Below are positions 61,524 to 64,000 of a DNA stretch of 64,000 bases, one piece after another. The notes beneath the pieces are model-generated. The model was not told the origin of the DNA. It was given only the letters and a program-made list of their open reading frames with translations, and searched no databases. The stretch's first letter is position 1, and each line of letters begins with the position of its first letter. Made by a program: the position numbers and the translations under genes. Origin of the DNA: Hypanus sabinus (taxonomy: Eukaryota); assembly GCF_030144855.1 (NCBI RefSeq), contig NC_082712.1:137082001-137146000 (forward strand). Reading direction: 5' to 3'.

Positions 61524-64000
61524 CACTACATGATATGGATTTATTTCCTTTTTTTTTTCTTTCCCAAGCAGTTTCGGTCTTGATAACGGGATTGGATTTT
61601 TTTTTTGTATAATAAAATTATCACATTTCAATATTATAATTTGATTTACATGAATATAGACGTAATGCGATTCCAAGTGTGATTCAAATATAATGTATTT
61701 GATAATATTTTATTCTTTTTTTCACTAAACACATATTTTATTGTACTCTGTATTCTTCTATGTAGAAAATTAATAAAAATATTGAAAGAGGACATCTTTG
61801 TTTCCCTGTCAGGAAGGGAACATTTCACAAAAAATTGATTTGGCCCAGACTGATGTCCAAATGGAAATCGATGATGAATCTAAGAAATACCTGACAATAA
61901 ATACACACAAAGGACTTCACCAGTACCAGTAGCTTCTGCAATCTGGCAAAGGGCAATGGACCAGGTCCTGAAGGGGAGTCCAGGGACACAGTGTTACCTG
62001 GATGACATCATTGTCACCAGCAAAGATGACGACGAACATCTTTCTAACCTTGAACAAGTTCTCACCAGGTTACGAGGCTATGGGCCCAGAGCTACTTGAC
62101 ATAAATGTAAGTTTTTCAAAAGGAAATCTCATACTGTGGGCATGTGATCAACAAGCATGGCTTACACGTGTCTCAAAACAAGATAGAAGTGGTGTTTAAG
62201 GCACTACCACCTGAAAATGTGTCTCAGCTGAGAGCATATCTTGGACTAGTGAACTATTATCACAAGTTCTCGCCTAACCTATCCACAGTCGTACACCCAC
62301 TATTACAGACAGGGACACAATAGAAGTGGACTGAGACCTGAGAAAAAGCATTTCAAGAAATGCTGAAAGACTCATAACTTCAGAAGGGGTGCTTACACAC
62401 TTTGACCCCTCCTTACCAATCCGATTGGCTTGTGATGCCTCGCCCCATGGGATAGGAGCTGTGTTATCGCACAAGTTTGCAGATGGCTCAGAAAGACCAA
62501 TAGCCTTTGCCTCAAGAACGCTAACTTCAGCTGAAGGCAACTACTCACAGATTGACAAAGAGGCCCTAAGCCTCATGTGGGGAGTCAGGAAATTCAGTCA
62601 CTACCTGTATGGTAATGAGTTTACCCTGTTGACTGACCATCAGCCTGTCGTGTGAATCTTCAACCCAAGGAAAGGCATTCCAGTGATGACAGCACAAAGG
62701 CTGCAGTGATGGTCTCTTTTCCTAGGAGGTCACATGTCTGACATTGAACACATGTGGACCAAACAACATGGCAACGCAGATGGTCTGTCACATTTACCAC
62801 TGCTGACTTCAAAGACAAATGGATTCAGCAGAGGTATTTCACACACCAATTGTTGAACAATTACCAGTGACAAACAGCCTCATTGAAAGGGAAACACACA
62901 ATGACACTATGTTGTCAAAAGTGTATGACATCACGGTAAAGGGATGGCTAGCGCATGGTAGCAAAGTTTCCAGCCTTCTCAGCAAGGAAGGAGCAGTTGT
63001 CAGTGTGTCAGGGAACAGTAACGTTTGTTCACGAGTTGTGATTCCTCCCAAGCTACGCACCAGAGTGCTGGAGGAACTGCACAAGGGGCACTTGGGTACA
63101 GTGAAGATGAATAGTGAAGATAGCCTGTGTCTATGTGTGGTGGCCAGGAATCCATAAACAGATTGAGGACTTGACCAAGAACTGCTCTGGATGTCAAAAG
63201 ATCCAGAACACACCACCACAAGCCCTTCTCCATCCAGGGGATAGGCCCTCATCACCACGGCACATTGACTTTGCTGGATCATTCATGGACTCTATCTTTT
63301 TAAATCGCCATCAATGCACATTCCAAATAGCCAGAGGTCATCAACATGAGGACAACCACATTGGAAAAGACCATCACATTTCTGAGGACGATGTTTGCCA
63401 GAAATGGCATACCAGAGCAAATCTGCACAGACAATGGATAACAATTTGTCCCTGAAGAATTCCAAAGTTTTGCGAAGAACAATGGAATCAAACACTTTGC
63501 ATTGGCTCCTTACCATCCATCCACAAATGGCTTGGCAGAAAGATTTGTGCAGACATTCAAGAAAGTCATCAAAGCAATGGACAGCAAAAATCGACCACTG
63601 CAACACAAGATAGACAACTTCCTCCTTGCCCATCATAATGCAGTACATGCAACCACTAATCAGACTCCAGCGATGATGTTTCTGAACAGGAACCTGAGGT
63701 CCTGCTGGATCTTCTCAAACCAGATGTACAACGTGATGTGGAGGAGACAGCTCAATCACAGAGCATCAGTGGGGGACAGTCAGTTCTTGCACATGATTAC
63801 TGGACTGAAAAGTGGCAGCCAGGTACAATTTCCACCATAGACGGGTCTCTGATGTATACAGTGGAGGTGGGAGAGAAGGTATGGAGACATCATGTGGACC
63901 AAATCCTGGATGCGCGGGTGAAAAACACAACAACACCTTGCCTGGATTCCCCTGACATAAAGCAAACACTCCTGATATGACCACATCAGCCTCATCTACA

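Larger units (their letters stand above)
52252..61787 (+). mobile_element. Full-length decayed L1-clade LINE with nested insertions
   Basis: 11-bp TSD GAGGACATCTT at 52241-52251 and 61788-61798; ORF1, EN (GGDFNC), RT (QGCPLSPLLF), zf-RVT and A-rich tail. Confidence 0.9.
50853..64000 (+). mobile_element. Gypsy (K02A2.6-like) gag-pol, decayed, split by an L1 at 52252-61787
   Basis: gag LRDRLVCG and CCHC knuckles; protease LKMELDTGS; RT; RNase [17 protein letters not shown]; integrase PYHPSTNGLAERFVQTFK. Confidence 0.92.

Noticed and set aside
1-64000. Prokaryotic interpretation (operons, CRISPR arrays, rRNA/tRNA genes) and the many short ORFs in the track
   Set aside because: Spliceosomal exon-intron structure and vertebrate TEs dominate. 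Many track ORFs begin at TTG/GTG or are TE-derived or random. No intact rRNA or tRNA gene was seen; tRNA-like stretches are SINE heads.

Overview
Eukaryotic vertebrate genomic DNA, most likely a cartilaginous fish. That is an inference from the repeat complement: HER1/CR1-like LINEs, tRNA-derived SINEs, L1/Tx1-like LINEs, Penelope-like elements, Gypsy LTR elements, and hAT and Harbinger transposons. Most of the window is decayed, often nested transposable elements. Embedded on the minus strand is a spliced immunoglobulin-superfamily gene, reconstructed by hand from GT-AG junctions that are all phase 1: IgV (48328-48678), IgC1 (46721-47041), transmembrane exon (45790-45897), four more C1-type Ig exons (43584-44024, 42785-43165, 41297-41608, 40478-40807), short linker microexons, and a terminal Ig-like exon with the stop (26374-26678). 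The V-C1 pair closely resembles B7-H6/NCR3LG1. The striking point is that five Ig-like domains (about 655-700 aa) follow the membrane anchor and so would be cytoplasmic; three of them have lost canonical disulfide cysteines. The linker region sits in a recent ~4.3-kb tandem triplication that multiplies 45-nt in-frame microexons and contains several dead Ig exons sharing one frameshift. Further left are a disrupted paralogous B7-H6-like V exon (14684-14890) and a CpG-island first exon encoding a signal peptide of a downstream minus-strand gene (13525-13648). Other items: a decayed retroviral env, a Penelope-type minimal hammerhead ribozyme, and a Gypsy/L1 junction duplicated ~49 kb apart, suggesting segmental duplication in a gene cluster. 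The leader exon of the main gene was not found in the window. No alignments or database searches were run; family calls rest on recalled motifs, and transposon boundaries are approximate unless a TSD or TIR is cited.
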